Positions 1-15,378 of a stretch of 64,000 nt of DNA are shown in pieces. The first letter of the stretch is position 1, and every line of letters begins with the position of its first letter. The position numbers and the translations under genes were made by a program. A model generated the notes under the pieces. That model saw only the letters and a program-made list of their open reading frames with translations. It ran no database searches and was not told the DNA's origin. The stretch is taken from NCBI RefSeq assembly GCF_009914755.1, contig NC_060938.1. One strand, 5' to 3'. The stretch comes from the human T2T-CHM13v2.0 reference genome, Homo sapiens.

Positions 1-1096
1 TTTGAAACCTTCTATCCTAAAGTTCTGCAGAATTGTCTTGTATTCTTTCCCTGACAGTTTTTTCCACTCCATTTTTTCTGTTCTCTATTACTTTTGTGCC
101 TATTAGACTAATGTTAGGCCTGCTGGATTGATCTTTAATTTGTTCTTTTCTCTCCTATTGTCCATCAAGTCTTCTTGCTCCACTTCCCATTTAAAGTTGA
201 TGGTATCCTCTTTCTTGCTATTTCTGAACACCCCTCTTTATATAACATCTTGATTATTTTATTATAGATAGCATTGCTCTTCTAATCTAAAGTGTTCTTC
301 TGTTGCATTGTCTCTGCTTTCTCTGGGAGGTTTCTTCTTGATTATTTTGTTCTCTATCTTAAATGTTGAAAGATTTTCTCAAATATCTGGATGTCCCATG
401 GATGACCGGTTATATTTAAGAGTGAGGCATTGAAAAAAAGAGAGATTGGAATCTCTATATGCTTGGGCAGAGATTGTCTAAAGGAGAGAGGCTGCTTCCC
501 TGGAGGGTGACATGGGGGAATGCTGCTTTTATTTCAGAGGATCAACATGTGTCAGTGTTTATAGGTCTTTTCTCTTGAACCTATGCAAGATGAGATTTTG
601 TGTTGCATTTTAGACATGAATATTTTATAAACTCCATCTCATATTTCACCTATACAACTACAAGGAGGAAATATCTGGGAAATTTACATGGTAAACATTG
701 AAAACTTTTTAACAAGTATGGTGATAATTAGTGGCTTAATTATAACAAAACAAGACAGAAAATTCAATTTCCCATGATGAATAAAGTTTATAACACAAGT
801 GAACACACAGCTGTCTCTACCAAATAGAATTTTCTGCAGTATACAAAGTCTCAAGATTATAAATTACAATTGTTATATTTAGATGTTACTTGTCTGGAGA
901 TTCTCTGCCCTTAGTAAGCAAATATTTAAGAGTAAGTATAATTATATTTTCAAGGGTCAGAGCATGTGTAAACAGAAAGCCAAACTTACAGAGAACTTCA
1001 CCCGTTTGGCTTAGAATTTTTAACCATTGTGTCCTTGATATAATAAAATGTAAGAATCCTTTAATTATTCATGTCTCATTAACACGAGGCATATAA

Positions 1097-1453
<357 letters not shown>

Positions 1454-2101
1454 ATCTATGTTTCTTTTTACATACATGTATGCCTTGTGATCTACTCATT
1501 TCCTTTCATTTTATTCTAGGCGAAATTATTTTCAAGTTAATATATTTTTACAGGCCAGTCATTTTCTCATGGCTGGTGGGATTATGGGAAAGTGGGGTCT
1601 CGAGGTGACAAATCTGGCAGCCAACTTTTTTTGTAGCCAAGAAGAGGAGACTAGGAAGGAATCTCGCAATTCAATATACAGTCTTTCACTTCATCCGCCT
1701 GATCTCATATGGTACCTCACTCCCACTTGCTTGTTTAATTTATTCAGTATCATTATAGTGGAGTTCTGGGAGACAGCAGATATAAATTTGTGTTCCATAT
1801 AGTATGTTTAATTGGAAGTCTTGATAGATTTCTTTGGAAACAGCATCTTCACTAGATTATTTGTGGGAGTAAGAAAATGATTCTTGACCATTCCATTTTT
1901 TGGAGATATCTCAAAAGTTCTATATATTGCTTCTGTTTACTTTTCATTGACAATAATTTATTCAAATGGCTAGATATAGCTGTGAAGGAGGCTGAGAAAT
2001 GCCAGTCCGGTCTCAATTACACCATCTGTTGATTGGTAAATTAAACAAGATAAGGCCTGTAAAGTACTGAGAATATAACTATATAAGTAGATGTTAGGTA
2101 A

Positions 2102-2378
<277 letters not shown>

Positions 2379-4309
2379 ATAATCAGCTAGAATTTTATTT
2401 TAGCAGATTAAAGGCCATGATTAGTAATAGTGTCACTAAAGTCCCACCTGGAGACAAACTAGTTTGATAAAACAAGTTCTATATATGCTGATCCTCTCTG
2501 GGAAGATTAATAATTTCACCCAATATTGAAAAAGTCAACCTGTAAGGAAGGTCTGGGAAAACTTCATTCTATTCCAATTGGGACCCATGCTGTAAATTAC
2601 TAATAGAAATTTTGCTTAATATGAATGTAAAGAAGGGCATTTTCCATAACGTTGAAGCAAAGCATCTCCCTCTAATTCTGATCCTTAGACAGACCAGGGT
2701 CAGCACCTGTTTACACCCTTTAACCAAACTCTCCCTAGACTAAGACAGAATGAGAGGGCTCTGAACTCTGTAAAACACTGTGTTAGTGATGATTTAATGC
2801 TCTTCTACAAATGCCTTTTGAGAAAGGTTCTCTCAATATTTTATACCAACAGACTTTGACAGACTGAAATCAATCCTGTTTGTCCTTCCTTAGGCAAACA
2901 TGGGCCTTGTCTTTGTAATTCCAGGGTGGATAAAAACTATTAAGGAGAAACTATCATTCCATCATAAAACTTGGCAAGTATGCCTGTAAAACAGCACCCA
3001 GAGGACATACTGCTCCATGCCATGCACAGAAGCCTAACTGGGTTCTCGTTTTGCAGAGCAGCAAAGAACACTTGGTTATTGCCTCATGAGCAGTGACCAA
3101 GAAAAGGCATATCAGCACATTTTAGAGCACTACATCTGTCAGTCATGCCAAAATACTAGGTAGCTCCCGTGGCTGTCTGTCTGGTGCCTAGAATACAGCC
3201 TGGCTCAGGACTGCACATAATATTTTTTGAGTAATTATTTTAAGCTTAGAGAAACCAGGGTGCTATACCTCAGCGGTCACCCAGAAAAGGTGAAGTCTAA
3301 GACCACAAGTCTTATTTTAAGGCAAATAGAATTTTACTTTACTATTTCAAACTACTTTATTTAAAAATTAGTTTACACTGTCCTATCTCCTAAACAGAAA
3401 GACTTTTATTTAACTTTATTCATCTATTTTACATGTTTTCATTTTCTGCAAATTAATTTTGTACAGCCACTGGAAACATGAACATTGTAGTTCATTTGTT
3501 GGTCATTTGCCTTACAAAACATAACAAACTCTTTTGACTTAATTTTTCTATTGAATTGGCCTGTTTGAGGTACCGAACAGAACGGAAATTCAATCCACAC
3601 TGTATTTGGTATTTTAAATCCAAAGCATTTAAAAACCTCCCATATCCTAGGAAAAGTGTGGACCAAACAGAAAAGCTCTAGAAAGACAGCCATTTAGCCA
3701 AGGCCAGAGAAGAGAGTCCTTTTCCACCCCTCTCTGAGAGTGAAGGTCACAAAGGGACTGAGCAAGATGATGTTTCCGTCCTTGTAAGGCTGTTTTGACA
3801 ATAGGACTTCATTGCATTTCAAGGGTCAGTTTCACAATATATAGGTATATTGTCCTGCTTAGTCGGGGCCCACTTTTGCAAGAAAAAATACCCTGACACA
3901 GTGGCAGGAATCACCACTTGTCTGCCTGAGTTCCTGTTTCTCCTCCAGGATTCCTGAACAGGTGCAGAGGTACAGTCAAGGCAGGGAGCGAGGAGCTGAC
4001 CTATTGCCACATACAAGTCTGGGATGTGATGTTTTACTGACATCAACAGTGCTTACACAAACCCCATGGCTTTGCTGGTTGTGTTCTCATAACCAAGCCC
4101 AGCATTTGTAGTGTTAACTCTGCAGCAGGATGTTAAAAACTTAACCTTTCTCCCTTTGCTATGTTTTGCTTAACCCTCGTGTGGATTTAAATATTTTTCT
4201 CAGTCCTCAGGAAACTTAATTCTCTCAGGCTTTTAGGGATGGTGAAGCATTTATGTGCTAAAAACTGGGACTCCTTTGGAGCCATCTTTTCTGAGGGGAT
4301 GGTTGCATA

Positions 4310-4650
4310 TGTGTTCCATTTGCTTGCCTTTACACCCCTACCCCCTTGCAGTTAGGCATGGTCAAGTGACTTGCTTTGGCTGATGAAATGTGAGCAGAAT
4401 TGATGTGTCACTTCTGGAAGGAAGCATGTAATTGCAGGTACTCAAACTCCAGCCTGCTCTTCCCTTTCTTGGTCATTGGGACGGCATGTACTGAGAAAAG
4501 TCTCCCCCAGTCTGTGATCCTAAGTCCCTGTGATGAGCAGAGCCCCTCCTGCCAATCCATGTTAGACATGGAATGAGCAGGACATAAACCTTTGTTACTT
4601 TAAATCGCTGACATTAAAAAAAAAAAAAAAACCTCTATGATAACCTAATT
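4310..4650 (+). mobile_element. MLT1-type MaLR LTR (approximate)
   Basis: cccttgcagttaggcatggtcaagtgacttgctttggc...gaaatgtgagcagaa...ataaacctttgtt. Confidence 0.65.
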
Positions 4651-5079
4651 CATTCTAATAGAGGGCTATTAAGGGTACATTAAGGGCTACTGTGTACTTG
4701 GAGGAGGAAGTGGAATGAAGGTTTTTGTGCATGAGGGAGTAAAGAGAGAAGTGGTGGCCCCAAGGGAGAGGCTGGGGAGCACATTCGAGAGTGGGTCCAA
4801 GGGTCCTGGAATGGGCAGCTGGGCTCTGTCTCTGCAGGTGACTGCAGGTGACTTCCTCTGTCCCTGCAGGTGACTCTCTTTGGCAGTCAGTGGCTAGAGA
4901 ATGCTGAGTCAAAAAGCAGGATGCTTGCAAGGGAATTATTCATGTGCCGAAGAACTCAGTAGAACCACAGAACTGACCTAGTCCAAGAAGCCTGTGCCAA
5001 AGAAGGTTCCAGGTTCAGGGGAATGCTCACTGCTAACAATTCCAGGTGCTGGACACATTCACAGGAAGATGGATTCATG

Positions 5080-5530
5080 GTCTGCATTAATCTGGGTCTC
5101 TAAGAAGCAGATGCTATAAGGAGATTAAGATAAGCAAGAGATTTGTTAGCACAACACCAATGAGAAAAAATGGGGAGGGAGCCGGAGCCTAAGGAGGTGG
5201 GAAGAACAATCAGGCCACAGTGAGTCCTGAGGTCTCTGAAGGAGATGGGGAAGGAAGGGAGGGAGGGAGGCCTTCGACTGTTGTGCAGCTCTAGGAAAAT
5301 TTCAGCATGACTGATGAGTCTTCGAGCCAAAAATCACTCTTTAGCGGAATCCTATGTTTCTCATGTCTTAGTATCCTTGCCACAGTTACGACTGGCTGGA
5401 CTAAGGCCCTAGAAAGCATGGGCTGGGCTTAATGCTGTGAGGAATTTCAGACAGCAGCACTGAGACCCTCAGTTAACAATGCTCCCGTGGTAGAAGATCT
5501 GAGAGGAGAATTTCCAAAGAAACCACACAG
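5080..5530 (-). mobile_element. ERVL LTR16-like remnant (approximate)
   Basis: gggtctctaagaagcagatgct...gcaagagatttgtt, typical of antisense LTR16-family ends. Confidence 0.5.
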
Positions 5531-5894
5531 TTGCCACACCATCCTTTATACCACTTACAAAAGTCTAATAGGAAGAAGATTGATTATTACCCATAACATG
5601 CAGAACATTATCTTGGTGCTAATAATCCTATCATATATTTGTTTCAAGGTTTACAGCTTATCCTGGGCTTTCACATATCTCTTCTCATTTGAAATGGTCA
5701 GGGTGGCATTCCCTCCATTATAATGGTGGGAATCCTGAAGCTCCCTAGGGCATCTGACCATGCAGAGGGGAGTAGAACCAAGCACTTGGCTCTTTCACCC
5801 TTGTCCAGGGCTCAGTCCACTGTATAATAGAAACACCTGCTGACAGCCAGTGCTCCCAACATGTTGGTCATGTCTTTAAATGAAAATTAATCTT

Positions 5895-6196
<302 letters not shown>

Positions 6197-6299
6197 TTAG
6201 TGTCAGGCTACTTGCTTAATAGACTGCTCCAGAAAGAAAATACACTTCAAGAAGGCTCCTCCTTTGTTTGTTCTGTCAGTAGAGGTAGCATTTATAGGA

Positions 6300-7240
6300 T
6301 GAGAACAAATCAAACATAAAACCAAGGGGTTAATTTGATAAGGTGAGTCTGCCCTGCTTGCTTTTGGTTAATTGCTTTTTAGGATTTTTTTCCCCCTTTT
6401 CCATGAAGCTGAAGGCCACAGTAGCTGAAGGCCTCACTGCTAAATGCCAAAACTTTTTTCTTTTTTTAACTCTGTCACCAGGGCTGGAGTGCAATGATGA
6501 TCATAGCTTGATCCCACGAAATCCTGGACTCAAGCAATCCTCCCACCTCAGCCTCCTGACTAGCTGGGACCACAGGTGCACACCATCATGCCCAGCTAAT
6601 TTTCAAAAATTATTTTTTGTAGAGATGAGGTCCCACTATGTTGCCCAGGCTGGTCTCAAGCGATCCTCCCACCATGGCCTCCCAAAAGGCTGGGATTGCA
6701 GGTACGAGCCACCATGCCCAGCCTGAACACTGAAACTTAACCTTCACTGGCTACTTTACAGATAACACATTTATAGGTCACCAAGCGACCTATAGTGGTC
6801 GCTTCAGTTGTTGTTCAGGAACCTGAGCCAGCTCCTGTCCAGTTTAAACCAGTAGAGACCACCGACCCTTCAACTGGGTATGCCCAAGAGGTGCCTCTGA
6901 TGTCAGAGGTCCAAAAACTCCAACCTCAGATCATGCTACCACCACCATTGTCTGTACATGTGTCTTATGAAATGCCATAAACCCCAACCACACTTGTGCA
7001 GAACGAACCTGTTACTTCAGTTTTTCCTACTACCAATCACATTTCCCCAAGGCTTAGATCATCCCACTTCCCTAACCCATTAATATCCCTAAGCCTTATC
7101 TTTGGGGAGGTGAATTTGAGAGCTGTTCTCCTGCCTCCTTGCTTGGTGCCCTTGTGAACAAATCTTTTCTCTTTTGCAAAACCTGTGTCACAGAGATTGA
7201 TTTACTGCATGCAGGCAGAATGGACCTGGACGGTCATAAG
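6300..7240 (+). mobile_element. ERV1-type solo LTR interrupted by an antisense AluJ (family uncertain, ends approximate)
   Basis: LTR-like 3' part: cccattaatatccctaagccttatctttggggagg ... aaatcttttctcttttgcaaaacc ... gcaggcagaatggacctggacgg. Confidence 0.6.
6454..6724 (-). mobile_element. AluJ-like
   Basis: Antisense Alu with J-type ctcaagcaatcctcccacctcagcc and ctatgttgcccagg. Degenerate TSD ctaaatgccaaaactt / ctgaacactgaaactt. Confidence 0.9.
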
Positions 7241-8590
7241 GTTTCCCATCTACCAGGAAACTCTTTATGAGAAGAGTGTCCATGGGCTAGAGTCTCTCAT
7301 TGCCAGAGCAGCCCAGTGTGGCTGCAGGATGCGGGCGGAGAGGCTTCTGGGCTGAGATATCTTCCCTGTAAATGGAGAGAAGTTCGGGGTTAGAGATGCA
7401 GATTCTGCAGGAAACCCCTCCCAAAGCCATAATACCTTTCTCAGCCTTTCAATAGGCTTGTTTATGTGGGACTAGACCAGCAGATACTTTTATTTAACAT
7501 TAATGGAGGTTTTCTTCTTTCCAAAAAGAAAGAACTAAAAACAGTGAAACAGGAATTACCCAGACCATGGGAAAAATCCAAATCATAGTTCCAGCCCATG
7601 AATTGGCACAGCTCAGGAGGGAAGACGAAGATACAGACTTGTGCAAAGTTTCAGTGTCAAAGAGACCAGGCAGCCCAATAAATGAGCCATGGCAAGTGAA
7701 ATGAAAATAAATATGAACGCTTCAAGTATCAAGAAGAAAGGAATACAATATGTCAATTCAAGGATTGTTGATTATATGGAAGCCATCTGAAAGCATTGAT
7801 ATTTTCATTGGTTATCAGAAAAACACCCAAGAACAAAGACCTTTTAAATTATGAAATTATCTCCCAGAGGAATAAAATGTGAAACATTTCCATTCCCATA
7901 GCACACTTCATCCAACTTCCTTTTAGAGTAGGATGGAAACAAATTGCACTTTAGATCTATTCATGTTTGCTTCCAACGACAGGAAAATGTTCTGGATCCA
8001 TTAAACAGCACTGAACCTGACATTTATTTTATGCTTAAGAATCACTTATTCAGGGGTAGGAAATTGCTTTCCTTTCTTAGTAGAAGCAATTGCCCTGGGT
8101 AGTCAGATTGGAAATAGCAGGGTATTGGGCTGGAAAAGGGTACCCAAGTTCTAGTATTGATGACCACAACTAGGTCAGGTTGGGCAGGTCATGCAACCAC
8201 CCTATTTCCTTATTTATAAAATAAGAAAGATATTAATGGTTCAAAGTGTTTTTTGCTCCCCCAATTGGCCTGGGAGCTTTGAATGAATACAGGTGACTGG
8301 GACTTCCCCCAGAACTGCTGAATCAGAATCTCTGGGAATCTAGATTTTTTAAAGATCTCCCTGGTGAAATCACCAGGTAGTCATTCTGTAGACCAGTGTT
8401 TTAGGAGCAACTAGACAAGAAGTTCAATTCCACTCCCCCACCAACAGTTCTCAAATTCTGTGATGGGGAAGAAGTAGGAAGAAGAGGGTCAGGGAGAGGC
8501 CATTCTTCTCTGCATAGAGCACCTATGCACACCTATGTTAGAAGTGCAGGGTGCAAAGTGCTGGGATGCAGGCATGAGCTACTGCATCTT

Positions 8591-8939
<349 letters not shown>

Positions 8940-9284
8940 CTACTGAATTAGAATCTGTATTTTAACAAGATCCCCATGTGGTTCACAAGCACTTTAAAGT
9001 TAGACAGTCCTACTCTATTCCACGTAATCAGGAGTGCGCCTATGTACTTGCATGCCAACCAGTCATTTTCCTACCCAATCTCTGTGGCTTGGCCAACCCA
9101 GGAACATACCACAAAGGAAACATTCCCAGGTTACCTGGGAATATCAGGTGATATCACTTACTGGCTGCCATTCTCCTGAAAGCATGAGAATTTGGGACAT
9201 CACCAACTCACTATAAGTCTCTTATTAAACTTGGCTTAAGTTCCCATGAAGGCAAAAGAATGATGCCAAGTGAGAGAGCTAGGC

Positions 9285-9347
9285 TGTGTTTGTGGGTGTG
9301 TTGTATGTGTGTGTGTGATAGAGAGAGTGATTATTATTAATAACGTT

Positions 9348-9378
<31 letters not shown>

Positions 9379-9403
9379 AAGAGAGAGAGAGAGATTATTA
9401 TTA
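9285..9403. repeat. Compound (GT)n(GA)n microsatellite, duplicated unit
   Basis: Two (GT)n(GA)n-gattattattaa units. Confidence 0.9.
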
Positions 9404-11249
9404 ACCAGGTAAAAATTTTCCAGAGGAATTCCAGAGGTGAGGATGACAGTCTCAGGCAGAAGGAAATTTTAAATTGTGTTTGACTATTGTTATTTAATTG
9501 GGGTAGAGGAAAATAAAATATATTGCAGCTCAAACTTTCTTTCTCAGGTGCTTGCTATCCTTACCCACATCCTGTCTTGAGAGCTCATTACCAAATAAAG
9601 AGAAAAAATATAACATCCCCACATGGAAAAATATTTATTTTTGCTTTTGGAGGAGAGAGAGCAGTCCAATTTACAAAAAGCCCCTATAGTTGGTCACTCC
9701 TCACAGAAAACCCTGCTGATCTACTTCCCAGTTTATGTAACTTCAGTGCTTTCGCAAAGCAGGAGGTGGTCAAGAAATGTGTATTAAATAAGTTCATTTG
9801 ATACCTGTCTTCATAGCACTTATAACAATGATGCCTACCTCCTCTGCCAGAGAGAAAGCTTCGTCTAGTTTCTTGTCCAGTATACCCTCAGCATCTGTCG
9901 TATGGCTCACAGTTGGCTCCCAATAAAAACTTGATGGATGAATAACTAAACAAATACTTCTTCTGTATCTCACAAAACATCCAGTATACCACGAGAAAAC
10001 ATTTGATTGATTGATATTGATTGAAAGCAATGTTTCAGGAAATTAAAACTTTTCTGGAAACTGCAGTGCTGTAAGTCTCTGTTATTTCCCTTTTCAGCTC
10101 ACCGAGTGACATTTTGCCATTTTCTCAAGCATAAAGCAGCATCAGTAATGTGTATTACTATGGGAAGAATGTTAAGAAAATTAGTGAGAATGTGAATTTA
10201 AAAAAACAACAACCATGGAGCAAAAGAAACCACAGAGCACTAAATGATAATGGTCAGTGAAGGATCATTTCCTGCTGCTCCCCATCCCATGATATATGTG
10301 CAAAAATAAACAAGGGGGAAAAGCCGTATTTTAAGACAGAATGTGAAAAAATAATGACTCAGTAGTATGATTCAAACATAATGCAAGAGGAACTGATTAA
10401 AACAAAGGAAACGAAGGTTTTCATTGGTGGACATTATTGTACAAAACTGTGCTTAAGCAAGGCTGTCTGATGAGGATGGCAGTACATTGGTTCTGACATG
10501 TGGAAAGTCCCCAAAATGTAGGTTAGCCTGCATTAAAGGTTAACGTTCATGCAAGGATAGAAGTCCCTCAAACGATCAGCTGGGTTTTGTTCCCTTCCCC
10601 TCAACAGGACAAGAGTCAAGCATGGGGTGAAGGTAGGGAAAGCCAGATATTAAAAGACACAATCTCAAAACAGGGTTTAATGTTTTTCTTTGGAAGCATT
10701 CTTCATTCCCTAGTCAGACTCAGATCAAATAAAACAAAACAAAAAAAACTTTGTTTTTGTCTGACTGGAACTCATTTTGCAATTTAAACATATGTCCTAA
10801 TTTGGTTCTCAGTAGCAACGGAAAATAATAAGTTAATTTCTTCTTCATGAGGAAATTCAAGCTAATCCAAATTACAATTAAACCATTCATCTTTTCTTTA
10901 TTGAATCCATTTTCTGTAACCCTTTTGCAAATTTCTGAATTAAGGTTGCATTCTGAATCCTATCTAAATCATAAAATACCAAAACATATTTAAATGTTTG
11001 TATAACTAATGACTTGGGAAAGAAGAGTAAGGAAAAGCATTACAGCATACACGATTAAAAATTATTTACAAAGTGTTAAAGTCCACAGAGGGGATTTTGC
11101 ATTTGTAAGTATATTTTCCAACTAAAGATGTTAACCCTTTGTTTTTCATATATATTGCAAGTGTTTTTCTCTGTTTGTTTAACTTCCTTGTTTAACTTTC
11201 ATTACATATTAAAATATTCTCTCAAACTGCAAGAAGTTAAAGCAGTATA

Positions 11250-12080
11250 GTCCTGACACAGGTATAGATGAATAGATCAACAGAATAGAACAGAGTCCAA
11301 AAACATCCATTTATACTATTACTACTAATAAATCATAATGGTGCCCAACACCATGAAACTAGTCAATGCCCCTGGGTGCCAATGCCGTACTTAAACTGTC
11401 TCCATGAACCCTCACCAAGGCAGGCAGAGGCAGAGTTACTCAAACGCAGACCTCTCAGACCCCCAAATATACACTCTTTATAAAAATATGCTAGAACCTT
11501 CATTTTGTATCAGCACTATTTAAAACAATTACAGAAGGCGTATTGGAACAGTCAGCTAAAAATGTGAGGAAAAGTAAAATTAGATTACTCTCTTGTATCA
11601 TTAAACCTTTTTTAGGTGGACTAAAATCTGAAATGTAAAAAAAAATTAAGTACTGTATTAAATATAGAAGAGTTTTATAATCAAAGTAAATAAGGCCATT
11701 CTTAGAATGATATCAAGGTCAGACACCATAGAGGAAAACTGACCTGTTTGACAACTTAGATGAAGGAAGACACTATAAAGAAAGTTATACAAACCTAGAG
11801 AAACATTTGCAACATATGTGAAAAACAAAGAGTTAATATCCTCAGAAAATGCACTCACAAATAAATATGAAAAATATCAACATTTCAATCAAAACTGGGG
11901 AAAAGATATGAATAGACATTTCACAAAGAATGAAAATAAATTGCCAAGAAATATATAAAAATATGTCCACTTTCACTTATTAGTGTTATAAAACACAGAA
12001 AATACCCAGAGCTAGTGAGAAAGTGTGTGCAGGAATAGGCATTTTTGTACACTGCTGGTAGATGCATAAATTGATACAAA
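11250..12080 (+). mobile_element. Old L1M ORF2 3' fragments (approximate, interrupted)
   Basis: atagatcaacagaatagaacagagtcca, gaaacatttgcaacatatg, aaaagatatgaatagacatttcacaaaga. Confidence 0.65.
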
Positions 12081-12367
12081 AAAGATACATTTCTTTATCC
12101 ATGAAATAAAGAGGGTAGATTAAGTAATCTCTAAGATTCTTTCAAGATCTAAACTTCTAAGGATCTGTATTTCTCTGAGTTGTGTCAATGATGTATTAAA
12201 GGATGTAGCAATCAATAAAATATGTTTTTGTAGAAATAAGATATGTTTTCCTCTCCAGTGATTTACATCTATTTTGAGAATTTATATGATTTATATCATA
12301 AACCTTATTGTGCTCAACACAAATATGTACCAAGGCAAGCATATGGAAGCACTTGGGGTTTTAGAGT

Positions 12368-13058
12368 TGTTTTAGTCTGTTCTCACACTGCTATAAAGAA
12401 CTTCCTGAGACTGGGTAATTTATAAAGGACAGAGATTTAATCGACTCACAGTTCTGTATGGCTGGGGAGGCCACAGGAAACTTACGATCGTGGTGGAAGG
12501 TGAAGAGAAGGCAGGCACCTTCTTCACAGGGTGTCTGAATACAGGAGGAACTACCAAACACTTAGAAAACCATCACATTTTGGGTCAGGGGTGGTGGCTC
12601 ATGCCTGTAATCCCAGCACGTTGGGAGGCCGAGGCAGGCAGATCACCTGAGGTCAGGAATTCGAGACCAGCCTGACCAACGTAGAGAAACCCAGACTCTA
12701 CTAAAAATACAAAATTAGCCAGGCATGGTGGCACATGCCTGTGATCCCAGCTACTCAGGAGGCTGAGGCTGGGAATTGCGTGAGCCCAGGAGGCGGAGGT
12801 TGCGGTGACCTGAGATCATGCCATCGCACTCCAGCCTGGGCAACAAGAGCGAAACTCCATCTCAAAAAAAAAAAAAAAAAGAAAAAGAAAAGAAAACCAT
12901 CAAATTTTGTGAGAACTCACTATCACAAAAACAGCATGGGGGAAATTGCCCTCATGATCCAATTACCTCCACCTGGTCTCTCCCTTGACACATGGGGATT
13001 ACAGGGGGTTATAATTCAAGATGAGATTTGAGTGGGGACACAAAGCCTAACCATATCA
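12368..13058 (-). mobile_element. THE1/MST MaLR solo LTR interrupted by an Alu
   Basis: tgttttagtctgttctcacactgctataaag ... aaccatatca. 5-bp TSD AGAGT on both sides. Confidence 0.9.
12583..12890 (+). mobile_element. AluS (Sp/Sq-like)
   Basis: Dimeric Alu. TSD AGAAAACCATCA(C/A)ATTTTG. Confidence 0.95.
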
Positions 13059-14530
13059 AGAGTCAACCAGGAATTGACTCTACAGAGGAAACCAGGAATT
13101 CAACAGACAGTGACAACACCGTGTGAACATCTAGACCAGAGCTAAGCACAGGCTGTGGGGGCACATGAGACAGGCATTTAATCCAGGTTTGGTGATAAGG
13201 AGTGTCAGAAAGATTCTCCACAGGCAGCACCATGTGCAAAGGGGAGCCCCTGGAGGGCATGGGGAGTCCTAGGAGCTACTGGGATCACCAAGGCTGGAGA
13301 GGTGGACAGCTAAGAGCCCAGACAGGAAAGAAAGGTTTTATATGTCATCTTAAGAAGCTTGGATGTTATTCTTACAGTAAATGTAAACCACCACAGAAAT
13401 TTAAGTAGGAAAATGACCGAATCAGATTTGCATTTGAAAAAAATCACTCTAGGAGATCCCATTTCCAGTAAGACCATACACTGAGAGAGCCAGAAAAGGT
13501 TTCACATAAAAAAACATGAAATGGGTACAAGCTTTAAAAATTAGTTCAAGACCATAATTGATACCACAGAAAAAGAAATGAAATCCTGAGACACCAAACA
13601 TAGAGGGAACTGAAAATCAGAATGGTAAGTGCCTGAGCAGATGTGACACTCTCTGAATAAGAGTGGCAAGTTTTGTCCTCCTTCAAGAACTTAAACTTAA
13701 CTGACACTCAATGAAGCTTGGGCCTCGGAGGAGCAGGGAGTTAAAGCAAAGACTCTGAAGAGTGACCCCTTCAGTATCTCATTCCTTCTCAGCTCCTTCA
13801 GGATGTCACTCCAGAGATGCTTCCGTCTCATGCTTACATCATCAATTTGTTTCTCCTCCTGGATCATTCCTGACAGCACGCTAATAAGCTGTTATCTTTC
13901 CCATCTCAAGAATCCTTTCTTTGATCTCAGTTCCCCTGCCAGCTAACACCCCATTAGTCAGCTCTTCTTTGCAATGAAACTCCTCGAAAAGTTGCCTATA
14001 CTTAGCACCTCCAATTTCTGTCTATTGTCAAGTTTACCAGTGAGCTTCACAATACTATTGGCTAAACTGCAGACCTTATTGACATCTCACCCATTGTTCC
14101 ATTCATTTTCTTTTTCTGTTCCAGAACTTTATCCAGGTCTCATATTGCATTTACTTGTTATTTTTTCTTACTCTTCTCCAATGTGTGACAGTTCTTTAGT
14201 ATTTACTTGTCTTTCATGACCTTGACACTGAGATCTGGTCGGCATATGTCAAGTGAAACTTGAAAGTTTCAGGTAGAAGGCTGAATGTGTGTGTGTCTGG
14301 AACACATAAGCATATTTCAGAGGTATCAGTATCTGGAGGAGGGTTGAAACCATGGGTACAGATGGGTCACATAGGAAGGATACCGACAGCAAAATGAGAA
14401 AAGACAAGTTGCTAGAATGGTATACTGAAGAAGAGAAGCTGAGAAAGGGTGGCCAGAGAAGTAGGAAAAAAGCTATGGCGGTATCTTGACAGAATCCAGG
14501 AGATGAGAGAACATTAAGAAGTAAACTTGC

Positions 14531-14829
14531 GGCCGGGCGCGGTGGCTCACGCCTGTAATCCCAGCACTTTGGGAGGCCGGGGCGGGTGGATCACGAAGTC
14601 AGGAGATCGAGACCATCCTGGCTAACACAATGAAACCCTGTCTCTACTAAAAATACAAAAAATTAGCCGGGCATGGTGGCGGGTGCCTGTGGTCCCAGCT
14701 ACTCGGGAGGCTGAGGCAGGAGAATGGTCTGAACCCGGAGGTGGAGCTTGCAGTGAGCCGAGATTGCACCACTGCACTCCAGCCTGGGCGACAGAGTGAG
14801 ACTCCATCTCCAAAAAAAAAGAAAAAAAC
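14531..14829 (+). mobile_element. AluY
   Basis: Y-type gagatcgagaccatcctggctaacac and ggagcttgcagtgagccgag. Lies within an L2-like tract. Confidence 0.92.
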
Positions 14830-14979
14830 AGCAACAGTGACAAATATTAGCAAAGTGAAATCCTCCCTGTTAAAGCCATATAGGCAAATAATCAAGATCA
14901 ATCTATTCTTGTTGCATATGGTAACTTCAAGTCAGTAAGATTTTACCCTGACAAATCCATTTCTTGTTTGTACACTCAT

Positions 14980-15378
14980 TGATATAGTATGGACATTTGT
15001 CTCCTCCAAATCTTGTGTTGAAATGTGATCCCCAATATTGCAGGTGGGGCCTAATGGGAGGTGTTTGGGTCATAGAGGCAGAGTCCTCATGTATGCTTTG
15101 ATGTAATTAGTGAGTTCTCTATTAGCTTTCATGAGAGCTGATTGTTGAAAAGAGCTTGGCACCTCCTTGCCTTCTGTCTTGCTCCCTCTCTCCCTTTGTG
15201 ACACAGGGGCTCCCTTTTGTCTTCCACCATGAATAGAAGTGGTCTGAGACCCTCACAAGAAGCAGATGCTGGCGCCATGCTTCTTACACAGCCTGCAGAA
15301 CCATGAGCCAAATAAACTTTTGTTTACAAATTACCAGCCCCAGGTATTCCTTTATAGCAACACAAATGGACTAATACA
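14980..15378 (+). mobile_element. MST-type MaLR solo LTR
   Basis: tgatatagt...ggactaataca with TSD (C/T)TCAT. Confidence 0.85.
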
